Shown: positions 1 through 12,327 of the stretch, in pieces | How positions within the stretch are numbered: position 1 is the first letter of the stretch | Layout of the letters: every line of letters begins with the position of its first letter | Notes under the pieces: generated by a model | What the model was told of the DNA's origin: nothing | Databases searched by the model: none | Seen by the model: the letters and a program-made list of their open reading frames with translations, nothing else | Origin: Ginglymostoma cirratum | Taxonomy: Eukaryota | Direction: 5' to 3' | Assembly (NCBI GenBank): GCA_024137785.1 | Contig: JAHRHZ010000012.1 | Location: forward strand, 62,520,854-62,584,853 | Length of the DNA: 64,000 bases | Translations under genes and position numbers: made by a program

Positions 1-299
1 GATCTCGTTAATAGCAAACTTCTGATATTAACTCTTTGGCTTGTACTCATGAAGAAAGAAAAGCTTGTTTTCCTTTAACGCAAGCTGTTATCCTCAGTCT
101 AAAAGTGATCATTAGCTCACAGTTCCCATTCCAAACCAAAATTGATAAAATAGTAAAAAACAATAATAAAGAATCAGCAAGGATTGAAACAATATGAAAT
201 GCACACAGCGTACAACTGCATTGAGTGGAATTGCTTTACGCTGTCATTGGTCATTGCAATTTCAAGGCAGTCATCTGTGTGAAGGCCGAGTAATGTCTA

Positions 300-450
300 T
301 GGATAGACCAACAGGAAGCTGGAAAAACACAGCAGGCCAGGCAGCATCTGGAGGGAAGGAGCAGTCAACGTTTCGGGTATTACCTTTCTTCAGGACTTCC
401 TCCTGTTCGTCTACCTTGGATTCCAGCATCTGTAGCTTTTTTGTCTCTAA
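300..450. mobile_element. Penelope-like terminal-repeat (pLTR) fold-back fragment, family A
   Basis: gctggaaaaacacagcaggccaggcagcatc...ccagcatctg motif shared with ends of GIY-YIG-bearing copies at 11620 and 29706. Confidence 0.7.
365..393 (-). ncRNA. Minimal hammerhead ribozyme motif in pLTR
   Basis: Minus strand CTGAAGA-A-AGGTA-A-TACCC-GAAA-CGTTG; A10.1:C mismatch at base of stem II. Confidence 0.5.
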
Positions 451-1605
451 CATCTATGGATGTTGTTTATACGGACTTTCAGATGGCATTTGATAAAGTC
501 CGACGTAAGAAACCTTTTATAAGGTAGAAGGCCGTGGAATTGAGGGCAAATTACTAACATGACTGAGAAATTGGTTGAATGACAGAAAGTAGGGATAATG
601 GTTAGGTTGTTATAAAGTTGGTGTAATTGGTAAAATGCAACTGATGGTGTTCCACAAGGAATCTGCATTAGGGCCTCAGTTGTTCACCTCATTTGCTAAC
701 GACTTGGGTAATGGCATGGAAATACATATATCCAAATTTTCTGATGACGCAAAATTAGGCAGCATGTGGACACTGTAGATGATAGCGTAAAATTACAAAT
801 AGATCTTGATAAACCAGGCGAATAGGCAAAACTAGAGTTCAATGTAAAAGCCAATGTGAGGTTATCCATTTGGCACTGAAAAGGGATGGATCAGGGTACT
901 TTTTAGATGGTATGAAGTTAAATACGATCTTTATCCAAAGACATTAGAAGTTCAGCTGCATAGGTTTTTAAAATGTCCCAAACAGATGTAGAAAATAATC
1001 AAGAAAACCTTTATATCTATAGAGGTGAAGTATAAGGATGCAGAAGTCATGCTTGTTGCATTGATACAAACGCCTGGTTGGACCCATCTTAGTGTACTGT
1101 GAGCAGAACTGTGCATCACACCTTAGGAAGGATATATTGGTCTTGGAGGGAATACAATGTAGGTTTACAGGATTGATACCTAGACTTCAGGGGTTGAGTT
1201 ATGAGGACAGATAATACAAATTAGGCCTGTTTTCTTTGGAATTTAGAAGGTTAAGTGATAACCTGATCAAAGTCTGTAAGAAATTAACAGGAAAGGATGG
1301 GGTAGATAAGGATAAACGATTTCCACTGGTTATGGAGTTCAGAACTTGGGAGCATTGTCTGAGAATTAGAGCCAGACTGTTCAGGAAAGATGCTAGGGAA
1401 CCCTTGTACACGAAAAGGTGGTACATGCAATAAATGCAGGTTTGGGTTTTAAAACTGAGAAAAATAACTTCTGGTTAAACAAAAATATTAAGCTTTATGG
1501 ACCGAAGACAGGCACATGGAATTAGGCCACAGATTAGCCATGATCTTTTTGAATGGTGGAACAGCCTCGCGGGGATGAATAGCCTACCCTTGTTCCTATA
1601 TTTCC
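450..1605 (+). mobile_element. Decayed CR1/HER1 LINE (RT domain to 3' end)
   Basis: Degenerate DVVYTDFQMAFDKV, GVPQGSALGP, SKFSDDAKLG motifs with frameshifts; CR1 3' UTR ending ccttgttcctat. Confidence 0.88.
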
Positions 1606-1939
1606 AGGAGTAATCACAAACCACATTATAAGTCTCACTCATGGGTCAGAATTCTCAAAGGTACTGCAAGATCTCATAGGCTACGCAGGGCACATAAACC
1701 ATTCCCTCTAACCTTGACCTGTTAAGCATTCAACAATTTGTTCCTATATGCAGCGATGTCTTTCTTACAAAATATGAGGCTGGCAGCAGAAGATGGCAAT
1801 ACAATAGAAGCAGTTACAATATCCCATCTCTTTCTGACATAATAATGCTTCATCCCTTGGAAGATTGCGCTATGTCGATGTTCCTTGTGGAGGCGTTCCC
1901 TGGTCCTCCTTGTCAGGTGTTAAGCAGCTCAATAGAGGG

Positions 1940-2045
1940 TTCATGTGATACAATGGTAATGATCCTGTCTCTGAAACAGGTAATCCACATTCAATTCCCA
2001 TCTGCTCCAGAGGTGCATGATAACATGACTAAATAGCTTGATCTT
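1940..2045 (+). mobile_element. Short tRNA-derived SINE remnant
   Basis: Degenerate A/B-box head plus ctgctccagaggtg...ataacat body; same family at 6835-7045 and 59285-59400. Confidence 0.5.
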
Positions 2046-2109
2046 TTAAACAAAAACATACGACACTGTTTGGATTTTGGGCCAAAGAACCCATTTCCGT
2101 TCTGTAAAA

Positions 2110-2620
2110 TACCAAGTCATTTCATTGCAGAGGAGGTTTACTAGATTGTTCCCTGGTCTGGAGAGTTATATGTATAAAGTGAGGCTGGGCAGACTGGGGC
2201 TGTTTTCCTTGGAGCAGTGGAGACTGAGAGACACATGACTGAGTTGTATAAAATTATGATGGGCACAGTTGGGGTAAACATGGAGCAACCTTTCCCGTTG
2301 TTGGAGGGATCAATGACAAGGGGACATTGATTTAAGGTAAGGGGCAGGAAGTTTAGATGAGATATATGGAAAACCTTTTTCACCTAGAAGGTGTGGGAAT
2401 CTGAACTCACTGCCTGTAAGGGAGATGAAGGCAGCAACCCTCAAAACATTTTAAAATTATTTAGATGTGCACTTGCGATGCCAAGGCATACAATACTATG
2501 GTCCACGTGCTGGAAAATAGGACTAGAAAAGGATCAGAATCAGTTAGATGACTATTTTAGACTGGCACAGACTTGAAGGGATAAAAGACCTTTTTCTGTG
2601 CTGTAGATCTCTATAACTCT
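2110..2620 (+). mobile_element. CR1/HER1 LINE 3' fragment
   Basis: LGLFSLEQ.RLR.. VYKIM-type C-terminus and CR1 tail ctgtgctgtagatctctataactcta. Confidence 0.85.
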
Positions 2621-2765
2621 AATCCAGGATTACAGGGAATGCTACAATTGGACTCAGCAATTGTGGGTGCGAGACAGCCAGAATCCACTCCCGTGTTCAT
2701 TATCCAACTTGTGACCTCAGACAGTGTGTTTGGCGTTGGATGAAGAGTGAACAGGTTGAGCAACA

Positions 2766-2891
2766 AAAGTAGGGATAATGGTTAGATTGTCATAAAGTAG
2801 ATGTAATTGGTAAAATGCAACCGATGGTGTTCCACAAGGAATCTGCATTAGGGCCTCAGTTGTTCACCTCATTTGCTAACGACTTGGGTAA
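2766..2891 (+). repeat. 126-bp ungapped local duplicate of 586-711
   Basis: Direct copy at offset 2180, 5 mismatches by manual alignment. Confidence 0.92.
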
Positions 2892-3104
2892 AGTCTGGCA
2901 TTTTGTACTCAGTAGATTCTAACTGCCACCAGATGGGTCACCACCTTCAGGATGAACAGAAAAATATCAAATTGCTTGTTTTTCTAAGTCATCATCCAGT
3001 TGTGTTGTGTACATAAAAATGAAAGAAGTAAAATCAGTAATCTCCATGGCATCCTGATGTAACTTCAGGGAAATGCATTGGTAAACAACTCATGAAGGAT
3101 GGCG

Positions 3105-3465
3105 GGGAGGTGATGACCTATTGGTATTAATGCTGCATTATTAATCCAGAGACCAGACAACATTCTGGAGACCTGGATTCAAATCCCACCACGGCAGATA
3201 ATGGAATTTGAATTCAATAAATATCTAGAATCAGGGATCTATTGATGACTGTGAATCCATTGTCAATTGTTGGAAAAACCCATCTGGTTCACTAATGTCC
3301 TTTAGGGAAGGAAAACTGCCATCCTTACCTGGTCTGGCCTACATGTGACTCCCGACCCATAGCAACGTGGTTGACTCTTAACTGCCCTCAGGGCAGTTAG
3401 GGATGGGCAATAAATGCTGCCTAGCCAGCCACACCCTCATCCTGTGAATGAACGAAAAAAAGAAA
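3105..3465 (+). mobile_element. tRNA-headed SINE family B (partner of LINE family B)
   Basis: ctggattcaaatccc B-box, aaacccatctggttcactaatgtcctttaggg core, tail gggcagttagggatgggcaataaatgctg...gaatgaa plus A-tract. Confidence 0.82.
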
Positions 3466-3684
3466 CTTCATAAAAACTGATACAAATGGCCTTTCTTTTG
3501 GGTCATTTCATCAATATTAATTCATGAACTTTCCAGGAACTGAATTAAAGTTTTGTGTTTTATAAAGAGGTTTATGCTGCCCAATTCTATTGAGTGCTGG
3601 TATAAACAAGGGCTGCTCCACTGCATAGAGTATTTTAGATCTGGGAAACAAAGGGGATGGTTACAATGAGCAACATCTTGCAAC

Positions 3685-3840
3685 CACTGGAAGCATCTGT
3701 GAAAGAGAAAACAGAGTTAATGTTTTGGGTCTGGTGACCCTTCCTCAGAAACTTCACAGATGCCCTCAGACCTTCTGAGCTTTTCCAGCGACTTTGTTTT
3801 TGTTCCTGATTTACAGAATCCACAGTTCTTTTGGTTTTTA
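3685..3840. mobile_element. Penelope-like pLTR fold-back fragment with decayed hammerhead (3718-3748, minus)
   Basis: gcatctgtgaa...ttcacagatgc inverted arms; CTGAGGA-AGGGTC-acca-GACCC-AAAA. Confidence 0.7.
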
Positions 3841-4999
3841 TCTTGCAACCACTACTCATTAGTCGCTCAGAAATTATATGTTTTAAATGGCACTTTTTTT
3901 TGTCTTGCCAAAATATGTTTTGTAATTTTAGTGAACTCATAAAATATTATGTCTCATCTTGCCGCATTCTGTAGGAGTATGGACTTCTTGCTTTCATTGG
4001 GGTCACTAACCAACTGCCTTGGCTGCCTCTTGTTGCTCTGAGCAATACAAAATGAATGGAAACCTTCTGTTGGTAGTTGTCCGCCTAATGTTCCTCTTTA
4101 CTTCGTAGAGAGAGGCCAGACACTTGCTTTTCACTTGCCTCCCTCAGTACCTGCCACAACATCATGAACGGGTCAACACAAGAATGGAGAAAGGGGTTTC
4201 GGTTCCTCTTGAATCATGACCCTTGCAGTATAATTCTCAAAAATGATTAAACCATATCTCCTAACTGTGTCACTGACTGTCTGAACCTTGCAGCTTTTTT
4301 TTAACCACATGAAGCATGAAAAGTGAAGAGAATTTTTTTATTCGGTTCCATATTTCATTCCTTCCTTGACATGATCTTTATCTGTGGTATAAATAGAATC
4401 TGTTGTGGCCAGCACATGGTGATAAATATCTTTACTCATGAGGTTGGCCATGACTCACACAAATTATCCGGTCAACTTCACTTCTAAAGGTACTTTGAAC
4501 TCTCTGGTGGTCATGACACAATGTCTCTAAATTGTGCACTCATGGCGTTGAAGTGGAGCTTTCCTTGGTGTCCAGTTCTACAGATGTTGATCGCTTTTTC
4601 CTTATCGTCAAAGAGCTGTTTTTGGCAATCATGAGAGGGGAGTGAAATCGTGCCAATGAATGTCTTTTTTCTCTTGTAATTAATGGCCCACTGACTAAAC
4701 CACATTCTCACAAACCACACACTCTCATAATTTCCTTACAGGGTCAGTAATTATATGAAGGAAGAAGGCATCCTGCTCTTTGTTAGAAGGATTTTCATAG
4801 ATAATGGAATCAGTTTTGAGATGTTTAAATGTGCTGTAGAAGTTAAAGCCGTATACTTTCGTGTTCAGAGGACATGCCTTAAGACATGAACATCTGTATA
4901 ATCAATTCTCTCATTTACAAAGATATTCCAAATGTGAATAACATCAGTAATCTGCATAGACTGCTTTGTCATGATAGAAGCAATCTGGGTAGTGCGATT

Positions 5000-5700
5000 T
5001 TGAGCGTTAACAGTCAGAAGACAGGAAATTATAGTCGGGAACAAAGAAATGTCTGAAGAATTGGACTTTGGTTCTGCCATCACAAAAGAGAGGGCGCAGG
5101 TGCTCCCAGAAATGTTAGGGAACCAAGAGTCTAGTGAGAAGTTGAAATTGAAAGAAGTCAGCATTAGTATCAAAAAAGTGCTGGGAAATTAATAGGGTTA
5201 TACTTTCCACAGAGGGAGTACAGCTGAGGGTCACTAAGCAGATATTGCGGATGGTTGGAATGTCCTAAGGGGAGAGATTGATTTGATTGTGCCTGCATTC
5301 ACTAAAATTTAGAAGAATGAGAGGGGATGCAATTGAAAATTATGATATTCTAACAGACTAAATGCAGGGAGGATATTTTCCTTGTGTGGGGAGTTGACAA
5401 TCAGTGGATATAGCCTCAGGATACAGGGTAGACCATTTAGGACTCAGGTGAGGAATAATATGTTCGCACAAAGGATAGTGAACCTGTGGAATCCTCTATC
5501 ACAGAAGGCTGCAGAGATTAAGTCATGGGCTAGATTGAAGAAAGAGATAGACTTTCCTTTAGATTTTAAAGCTACCAACAGATCTGGGGAGAAAGCAAGA
5601 AATGTGGATTCAAATAGACCAGTAGCAATGAACAGATTGAATGGCGGATCAAGCTGGAAGGCTTGATGGTTCACTGCTGCTCCTCGTTTCGATGTTTAAT
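5000..5700 (+). mobile_element. Internally deleted CR1/HER1 LINE
   Basis: EN-RT linker fragment then SLRIQGRPFRT..RNNMFAQRIVNLWNPL C-terminus and CR1 tail. Confidence 0.8.
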
Positions 5701-6719
5701 GAGATATTACTACCTACTCCAAGGGTAAATACAGGTAAAGTGATTGGTTGAGATCAGTCTATTCACTCCACATAACACTGGATGTCAATTTGAAACCTTC
5801 CTGATCTTAAACAGCTTAGAAGTGTGGTGCTACACTTATCCACAAAGACCTCAATGCTGAACTGTCATTGATAATCTTCATGTTCATAACACACTTTGTA
5901 GATATTCAAAAAAAAACTATAATAAAAATATGTACGAAATGTAAAGTCAGGAAGTCATAATAATGGATTTTAATACTTGAAGATGATATAGTTTGGCTGT
6001 GGGATTTTGGGGTTCTCCTAATGAAATGCTATCAAGAAAGCTGGGCTATATTGGAATTTTATAACTGGCATTAACAAATTTCCCCAATTACAGACCCTAT
6101 CCTGTAAGCAATGAATGTGTAGCTGCCAATTAATCTATTGCACCTCCAGGCAAAGGTCTAAATCAGCTGGATAGAGCTAAAGCAATTTGTGCACAGCTAA
6201 AATCAAATTGGCGAATAAGTGTTCCATACCACTGCCTAGATTTCTGAAGCTAATATGCAATTGGTATTCCAGCAATGGATATAAGCCACATTATTTGCAA
6301 CTATCAATTCTAATTATGCCAATTATTGATCACTTTGAAAAGTGAATAATCTAACATTCACACTTGCCTAATCAACTTCTCGAATGAAGTTGCATGTTAG
6401 CCAATTCTCAGGATTGGATGAGTTCTGAGATCAGGTTTCATATAGTTAGCTAAATTCTTGCTTTATTTAAAAACAAACCTAGCTTTAAAGGATGATGGTT
6501 TAGTTTTTCTGTGAATTTGCCTGCATTAAAATAAATAGACCAAATGTTAGAGCAGCTGTGCGGAGTCTGAGTGCCGTATTTTTATTTGTGCTGCAATAGG
6601 TATCAGGCATTAATTTGGGTATATATTCTGTAGTCACTCTTTCTCTCATGAAATTGCAGTCAGAGATGTGATAAATATCCAGGCCTAATATTTAGCTCTG
6701 ACTTTTAATATATCACTTT

Positions 6720-7265
6720 TTGGGAAGTAGTAGAAGCAAATACAATATCAACGTTTAAAAGGCATTTAGACAGACACTTGAACAGGCAGGGAATAGAGGG
6801 ATACAGACCATATGCAGAAATGGGTTTTTGTAATTTAACCTATTTTTCTAATCAACCTGTTCAGAGGTGTTATTTCAATCTTCTGGAGCCAGTGCAACTT
6901 GAACCCAGGCCTCTTGGTACATGGGTAGGGACACTCCCACTGTACAAGAAAAGGGCCCATAATATACATACAGAACAGGTGGGATTTGAACCCAGACCTG
7001 CCTCATTCCAAGGTAGAGAAACCACCAGTGTGCCACAAGAACCTGATGTGAAAATTAATTCCAGACCGATATTGAATTCAAATGCCAGTATCTGCCATGG
7101 CAAGATTTAAACCCCAGAATACTACCTGGGGCTCTGGATTGAAACAAATCTAGTGATAATACCACTAGACTATCCTGACTGTTGAGTATAGAATGTCATC
7201 ATGGCCGGTGTAGACATAGTGGCCTGAAGAGCCTGTTCCTGTGTTGTACTGTTCTAAATCCTATG
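6720..7265 (+). mobile_element. CR1 3' end interrupted by antisense SINE heads
   Basis: VVEANTISTFKRHLD...GIEGY, resumes ~7185 with ggcctgaagagcctgttcctgtgttgtactgttcta tail. Confidence 0.78.
6835..7172 (-). mobile_element. Stack of tRNA-derived SINE heads (two tandem short-SINE heads plus SINE-B head)
   Basis: Two ttgaaccc B-box units (6880-6960, 6970-7045) and SINE-B head 7065-7172. Confidence 0.65.
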
Positions 7266-7659
7266 TATTGAAAAGCAATCAATCCAAAAGCAAAATGAAA
7301 ACTACGGATGTCAAAATCTCGGAAAAGAATTTACTTGCCAGAACCATCAAGTAAATTACTAGTACAAGATTCTGATACAACCCAAAGTGTTGCTTGTGTA
7401 AATATACTACAGTAATTACAAACATTTAGTATAAATATCACCAATTATTTCTTAACCTTAATGCACAGAAGGAATTAACTCATTGGAATCTTTCCTTTTG
7501 ATTTGTTTTGATCACATTAACAACTGTACACTGCCACAAGGTAACTGCAATTCTGAATCATGATTAGTTCCAATGGAAGTAGCATTAACTTCTGAACATA
7601 CAATGAGCTAAGTGCCTATCAGTGCGCTGGAAATTAGATTATCTTTCTGGTGTTCTGTT

Positions 7660-8120
7660 GTGTAAATAGCAGGGAAGTGATCTCGAATTGTCTCTGATCT
7701 CACAGTTCTGCAAAGCTCAGGAGACCGAAAGACTCAAATAAGGAGGTGGGAAAGACCAGGAAACTCAACAGGCTGTAAAAGAAATCTATGCTGGACGCCC
7801 AGGGTGTGATAGTGACTGGGCACTATATGAAAGGAAGACATGAAAGCACGGTCACAGCAGTCTGGTGAAGAAGGATAGAGATCATTTCCACATTCAGCAC
7901 TGGTAATATCTGGCCAGTTGGGTGATTGTAAGTTTCAGTCAAATCAAAAAGGGCTTTATAGTTTGCTCTTGTTGGTTTAATGAATTCAAGCTTGAATTCA
8001 ACCCTGTTTCTTGTGTGTATTTTGTTCTTTTAACGTCAGGGTCCAAGAATCACTGTAAAGTGGAAGGGACTAGGATCGCCTATGGATCTTCTCAATCACA
8101 GCAGGACTCAAAGGTTTAGA
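7660..8120 (+). mobile_element. Possible LTR-like remnant
   Basis: Composition and poly(A)-region style resembling solo LTRs; no termini identified. Confidence 0.2.
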
Positions 8121-8449
8121 GCTAAATAATGAAAAATGTCAAGATACATGGTGGAGGATGGGATATGCTCATACGTGTCTAGCAGAGTAGATATTTCTAA
8201 ATCGAAGGTACAAGAAAATCTCCAGGAGAAGGCAGCAGAATGGACAATAGTAGTGACTATAAATGATTGAGAAGAAAGGCATTTTGGTTACCGTGGCTAC
8301 AAAAACAAAACCCACTCCTCATTGCAAATGTAAAGTAGTTAGAGGAGTTAAAAATGAATTAGAAAATTAGATGAGCAATTGAAAGGCCATTATGAATCGG
8401 GAGGCAAAAGACTGAGGTAATAAAAGACAGCAAAGGACAGTACAGGGAG

Positions 8450-8545
8450 AAACTGAACAATCGGTTCTGTCGAAGAGTCACTGGAGCCAAAACAATATTT
8501 CTGCTTTCTCTCCACAGATGCTGCCAGACTTGCTGATTTTTCCAA
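8450..8545 (+). mobile_element. Penelope-like pLTR fragment
   Basis: ctctccacagatgctgccagacttgctga motif. Confidence 0.6.
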
Positions 8546-8874
8546 TGTAGAATTACCAAATTACAATGGGGATGGTTCTCAGGATACTCGTGATGGGTCA
8601 GTCACGACAACTGGGTGGAAAATATTGGTGTCCTTCAAAATCATGCGTATGTGAGGCATCATAGGCCTCTCTACGTGTAATTAACTATAAAAGAACTCTA
8701 TGACCAACACAAATGTGGAAGGAATAAAAACAGAAAGTGCTGGAGAAACACTGCACTGGAATATTGAGCTTAATATTAAGGGTCTTCCTTGGATTTGAGT
8801 TGTGTCACATGTATTAGTAATTCTGCAATTGATTACTGTCTTGTATTTTTTGATATTTAAGTTGTTATGCCTCT

Positions 8875-9478
8875 GATTTGATTTGATTTATTTTGTCACA
8901 TGCACCTAAGTGCAGTGAAAAGTTTTGTTTTGCATGTAGTACAAGCAGATCATACCATACAAAAGGTCATATAGAGGTATAACAGTGTGAGGGACACAGA
9001 GTTACAGCTGCAAGGAAAGTGCACGAAAAGCAAGATCAACATTGGATTTGAAATTTGAGAGGTGAATTCAGAAGTCTGATAACAGCAGGGAAGAACCTGT
9101 TGTTGAAACCATTGGTATGTGTGTTTAAGCTTTTGTATCTTCTGCCTGATGGAAGATGTTGGAAGAGATTATAACCAAGGTGGGATGTTTGCTGCCTTTC
9201 CGAGGCAGTGACAAGTGTGGATGGAGTCAATGGATGGAAGGTTGGCTTGTGTGGTCGACTGGCCTATAGTTTCTTATAGTCCTTGACTGAGCAGTTGTCA
9301 TACCAAGCTGTGATGCATCCAAATAGAATGCTTTCGATGGTGCATGTATAAAAGTTGGTGAGAATCCTCATGGAAGTGCTGAATTTCCTTAGCCTCCTGA
9401 GGAAGAAGAGGCATTGTTGTGCCTTCTTGACTGTCGCATCAAGGTGGGTGGTCCAGTACAACTTGTTGGTAATCGTCA
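8875..9478 (-). mobile_element. Rex1/Babar LINE 3' fragment
   Basis: ORFs 9264-9461 KKAQQCLFFLRRLRKF..LTNFYTCTIESILFGCITAWY and 9036-9230 LPSGRRY..FFPAVIRLLN; (aaatc)n tail. Confidence 0.88.
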
Positions 9479-10119
9479 GTCCTGGGAGTAGGGTAGTCCC
9501 TGAAAATCAAACCCTGCTATTACATGAGTTGTCACAAAATTTAAGATTTTTAAAAGTATGCAGAATCCCCAATACACCTGTCCTTTAAAGCTGGCTTGGC
9601 AGTGAGATATATTGAGTTGCAAAGAGATATGGTTTAACTAGAGATAAAGAATAATGAACCACTGACATAAAACTCTACTAGTTAAAACTATACCCACTTC
9701 TTAATGTGCCCCTTTACACATGCTTACAGACAGATACCAAAATGGCTATAATATGTGTGGGGAAGCCTGGAAAGGCAGTACAGTGGTCTCTGTGCACAGG
9801 CTTGGTGGTACAATCCTTCAGCTGAACAAAATGCTGCTTCTTCATCTTCGTTCTCCTGCTGCTTTCTGTTATTTGCAGGGGGCACAGGATGACGGGTTCA
9901 CATTTGTAAAGGTCTCTGGTTTATTAATTAAAAGCCACAGCTAATAGCATCTGATGAGGTAAAATAGACTGGCTATCTTCTGGTTTGAAATGCTTTTCAC
10001 TTTGGAGCAAAAACAGTTCCTTTCCTACCAGAGGTCCGAAATCTTCTGACCTGAACACTTGTGTTAATTACCTGGGAGCCAATCACATAGTTGTTGGCAT
10101 GATGTTGGCATCACTTTAG

Positions 10120-10148
10120 CTGATGAAGGGTCAGCACTCTGAAACCTT
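10120..10148 (+). ncRNA. Minimal hammerhead motif, Penelope family B terminal fragment (fragment extends to ~10195)
   Basis: CTGATGA-AGGGT-cagc-ACTCT-GAAA-cctt followed by taaacctgttggactatagcctggtgttgtgtga. Confidence 0.55.
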
Positions 10149-10460
10149 GTGATTTTAAGTAAACCTGTTGGACTATAGCCTGGTGTTGTGTGACTTCAGG
10201 TAGTTGTTGGCAAGTATGAGGCCTTTGTCATTGATAATTGGTCACCATTGCATAGACAAATCAACTACTTATTGTTGACCAAGTGTTCACTTATACACAA
10301 TGCCTTGGCTTCAGCTTATCTGTAACTAGGCTTCCCTACTGTTTTGAACAAACAGAGTGTAAACAACACTTAAAATGAGTGTCAGGTAACCTTTTCTTAG
10401 AAAATGCAGTATTCCCTTTCACAATCCTTGGCATTTAAACCAGCCTTTTTCCCTTTTCAG

Positions 10461-10938
10461 AGATAGTAGGAACTGCAGATGCTGGAGAATCTGAGATAAC
10501 ANNNNNNNNNNNNNNNNNNNNNNNNNNNNNNNNNNNNNNNNNNNNNNNNNNNNNNNNNNNNNNNNNNNNNNNNNNNNNNNNNNNNNNNNNNNNNNNNNNN
10601 NNNNNNNNNNNNNNNNNNNNNNNNNNNNNNNNNNNNNNNNNNNNNNNNNNNNNNNNNNNNNNNNNNNNNNNNNNNNNNNNNNNNNNNNNNNNNNNNNNNN
10701 NNNNNNNNNNNNNNNNNNNNNNNNNNNNNNNNNNNNNNNNNNNNNNNNNNNNNNNNNNNNNNNNNNNNNNNNNNNNNNNNNNNNNNNNNNNNNNNNNNNN
10801 NNNNNNNNNNNNNNNNNNNNNNNNNNNNNNNNNNNNNNNNNNNNNNNNNNNNNNNNNNNNNNNNNNNNNNNNNNNNNNNNNNNNNNNNNNNNNNNNNNNN
10901 NGGTGTTGCTTGGCCTGCTGTGTTCATCCAGCTCTACA
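10461..10938. mobile_element. Penelope family A insertion spanning a gap, 17-bp TSD
   Basis: cctttttcccttttcag at 10444-10460 and 10939-10955; pLTR arms on both sides of the Ns in opposite orientation. Confidence 0.85.
10502..10901. other. Assembly gap (400 N)
   Basis: Run of N. Confidence 1.
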
Positions 10939-11683
10939 CCTTTTTCCCTTTTCAGTCCAGAATCAAAAATATAGCAAAATTTTTTTAAAAATGCAGTATT
11001 TATAAAACTAAAATGAAAAGCTAAAAAGGAGAAACTTAAAGGCTTTTCTTCGAAAAGGGATTCAAGGTGACGAAGCCAAATGTATTAACTGATTAAAGAA
11101 TTGTAAGAATTGTTTTTATGATTGGAAGCCTGTGCAACAAGGAACAGTGCTGGTATCCTCGTTGTTTGTTTTGTTCATTAACAACTTGGATGTGAATGTA
11201 GAAAGCACAACTATTAAGTTTTCAGTTGACATTGAAATTGGTTCAGAGATAGTAGAAACTGCTGATGCTGGAGAATCTGAGAACATGAGGTGTAGAGCTG
11301 GATGAATACAGCAGGCCAAGCAGCATCAGAGGAGCAGGAAAGCCGTGTTTTTCGACAGTGAGGAGGATGGTCTCAAGGTACAGTCTGATATAGATCAGTT
11401 GGTGAATTGGTCAGAGCAGTGGCAGATGGAATTTTAATCCTGGGAAGTGTGAAAGGTGAATGTTGGGAGGCCTAATAAGGGAAGAATTTACACAATGAAG
11501 TCCCTAGGAAGTACTGAGGAATAAAGGGACCTTGATGTATAAGTCTATAGATCCCTGAAAGAGTCAGCACAGGTAGACTGGATATTGAAGGTGGCAAACA
11601 CGATGTTTGCCTTCATTAGAGATAACAAGGTGTAGAGCTGGATGAACACAGCAGGCCAACAGCATCAGAGAAGCAGGAAGGCT

Positions 11684-11711
11684 GACGTTTCAAGCCTAGA
11701 CCCTTCTTCAG
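11684..11711 (-). ncRNA. Minimal hammerhead ribozyme motif, intact core
   Basis: CTGAAGA-A-GGGTC-ta-GGCTT-GAAA-CG-TC. Confidence 0.68.
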
Positions 11712-11982
11712 AAATGGGGGAGGTGAAGGGGGCTCTGAAATAAATAGGGAGAGAGGGGGAGGCGGATATAAGATGGATAGAGGAGAAGATAGGTGGAGAG
11801 GAGACAGACAGGTCAAAGAGGCAGGGATGGACCAGTAAAGGTGAGTGTAGGTGGGGAGTTAGGTAGGAGATAGGTCAGTCCAGGGAGGACGGACAGGTCA
11901 AGGGTGCGGGATGAGGTTAGTAGGTAGGAGATGGGGGTGGGGCTTGAGGTGGGAGGAGGGGATAGGTGGGAGGAAGGACAGG

Positions 11983-12327
11983 TTAGGGAGGAGGGGGCGA
12001 GCTGGGCTGGTTTTGGGATGCTGTGGGGGAAGGGGAGATTTTGAAGCTTGTGAAGTCCACATTGATACCATTGGGTTGCAGGGTTCCCAAGCATATGAGT
12101 TGCTGTTCCTGCAACCTTCGGGTTACATCGTTGTGGCACTGCAGGAGGCCCTGGATGGACATGTTGAATGAAGAATGGGATGGGGAGTTGAAATGGTTCG
12201 CGACTGGGAGGTGCCGTTGTTTAGTGTGAACCAAGCGCAGGTGTTCTGCAAAGCGGTCCCCAAGCCTCCGCTTGGTTTCCCCGATGTAGAGGAGGCCACA
12301 ATGGGAACAGCGGATGCAGTATACCAC
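11983..12327 (-). pseudogene. Penelope GIY-YIG endonuclease domain fragment
   Basis: VYCIRCSHCGLLYIGETKRRLGDRFAEHLR...HFN...LGTLQPNGINVDF; in-frame TGA just upstream. Confidence 0.9.

Larger units (their letters stand above)
9530..11005 (-). mobile_element. LTR-like element, related to 22545-24040
   Basis: Starts tgtcac; shares aatgagtgtcaggtaac..caatcctt and ccttttccc..ttcag..aatcaaaaatatag blocks with the 23.4-23.9 kb region. Confidence 0.45.

Noticed and set aside
10457-10927. 156-aa ORF (also 25913-26203)
   Set aside because: Artefact of translating through N gaps
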